Assembly: GCF_004010195.1 (NCBI RefSeq)
Contig: NC_057718.1
Span: forward strand, 103,791,963 to 103,855,962
From: Chiloscyllium plagiosum
Taxonomy: Eukaryota
Reading direction: 5' to 3'
Length of the DNA: 64,000 nucleotides
Made by a program: the position numbers and the translations under genes. The notes below the pieces were generated by a model. That model made no database searches, was not told where the DNA came from, and saw only the letters and a program-made list of their open reading frames with translations. Below, in pieces: positions 62,171 to 64,000 of this stretch; within the stretch, counting starts at the first letter, position 1; each line of letters begins with the position of its first letter.

Positions 62171-64000
62171 ACTGACACGCAACAAACTATACCTTGTAAA
62201 CTACAAGAAACTCTTCTAGTTAGACCAGGCAGTGGTTTTCCTCTCTCACCCTAGACCAAGCAAACTCTGTAGCTTCTCCTACACTTGAAGAGGATAGTAG
62301 CAGCAAACATCATGAAAACAGAATAAACAATGCAGTGAGCTGGCCCTGCACATACAACATCAACTAACAGAACCAAGGGGCAAGGTCCCATCAGTTCAGT
62401 GTTTCCAACTGATTGGAACCTGCAGAGATTCCAGCAGCATGCCCTATGGGGGGAGCATAAAATCACCTGGAGCAACTTCCAAATTCTGTCTTTATCTGCA
62501 CTTCTGCAGGATCCCGAAATTCCAGGGTTCCAGAGAGTAAACATTGACAGTATGATCCTGCATATTATCCAGGGCAAAGTCTCAGCCAATATCATTAGGT
62601 AAGAATCTTCAAGTGAAACAGGACCCATGTGCAAGTATTCAGTCCAGGTGGGTAAAAATAATTGCAATGGTAGACTAGAACTGAGAGCACCATGGAATGT
62701 GGAACTTTCACTAACCTAGTCACCTGCATGTATCCCCTGTTTGAGAGAAACATTCAATTGTCAATTTGCAGTTTTTCTTCACTGACAATCCAACAGTTAG
62801 AGGGTCTCCACTAAAAGAAATGGCATCCTCATTGACATAAAAAAAACAGTCCAGCTATATGGGCTTAATTTACATGGCAGGCAAGTCTGTTTACTGTGGT
62901 GGCTTGATGGAGCACACATTGCTTTTGTGTCAAAAGGCTTTGGGTTTAAGGCCCACTCCAGATACCCAGGGGTGAATTTTCCCAGTTGCTGGAGATGGGG
63001 TTGGAGGAGGAGAGAGAAAAAAATGCAAAGAATACTTCTTAGCCTTGTATTTCAAAGTGCTGCCCACCACCATCTGGTGGATGGGGGAGGTCAAGGTGAT
63101 TGGGTGCAAAGCCAGGTAACCTTGCATCTGGAATGGAATGGCAACTGAATTCATTAGCTGGGCAATTAGGAGGAATTTTGCACATAGAATCACCTTGTTC
63201 TCTACGGGGGGAGGGGGGAACTCAGTCACATGCTCTGGTTTAACACAGGAAGTTGTAAAAGGAAAGGGTACAGTGAGAGGAACTGTCCCAGAGAAATTGA
63301 CAAGCTGTGAAGGTTCTGATCAATTCCAATGGAGAGCTGCAGACATGATCAGGTGAGGGAGTGCTTTGAGGGAACTTCATGTACATAATCAGCTATATGG
63401 GAGGTACTGCACCTAACCGATACATCACCCATCTTCAGGTGCCCTTTCCTGCTGCCCTTCTGACAGACGTTTGAACATTTCATGCACTCCAGTCTCGACC
63501 TCTGCTGTGAGGTTAGGGCAGGGGCTCAGTACAGTGACATTCCACAGCCACAGCAGCATGAGGGTTAGGGTCTCATGTCAAATATATTTGCTTTGACAGG
63601 GGAGAGGGGATGGTTACCAGGAACCAGCTGCAAGGAGGCGAGCCTTCCAATGGAGGGCCTACAAGGAGAGATGTGTGATCACCGGGAGGAGCAGGCTGGT
63701 CACTGCTGACACCTCCAGCCAAGTGGCCCAGATCGCTTTCTCAGAGGAGAAGGTGGACATCTGTTAGACTTGACCGACTGGGTGGCTATCCCTAAAGCCC
63801 CACTCCCTCGATCACCTCCCCTACCTGCAAGCCCCCTTCTTCTTGTTACAACATGTACCTGTGTCTCCTGTAAGGATGCAAGATGGGAGGTGTGAAATGC
63901 TTTTGTACACAGTGTGTATACCAAATAAGGCCATTCAGCCCCTTCGGGCCAGTTGCACCATCTATTACAATGAAAGCTATTCTCATCTTGGCCTCAATTC

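Overview
Repeat-saturated vertebrate genomic DNA, intergenic or deep intronic. It is almost certainly from an elasmobranch (shark or ray), inferred from many HE1-type V-SINEs and HER1/CR1-clade LINE 3' ends. There are three assembly gaps. I recognise no host protein-coding gene; every ORF I can identify is a retroelement fragment. The window holds many CR1-clade LINE fragments, including one near-full-length decayed copy (about 39.9-45.0 kb, minus strand; zinc-finger/esterase ORF1 plus APE-RT ORF2) in a deep nested stack. It also holds Rex1/Babar fragments, at least four SINE families, and several families of Penelope-like elements (PLEs) with GIY-YIG remnants. The most interesting signal is that each PLE family carries a minimal type-I hammerhead-ribozyme motif (CTGANGA-stem II-GAAA-palindrome-UH) in its terminal repeat. 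Several of these repeats occur as small fold-back units of about 130-330 bp without coding sequence, some flanked by target-site duplications (TSDs). Other structure: a 33-bp palindromic minisatellite with higher-order order, a perfect 28-bp hairpin, local direct and inverted duplications, unusually long insertion-flanking duplications (56 and 114 bp), and a few low-confidence exon-like segments. Repeat boundaries were read by eye and are approximate.
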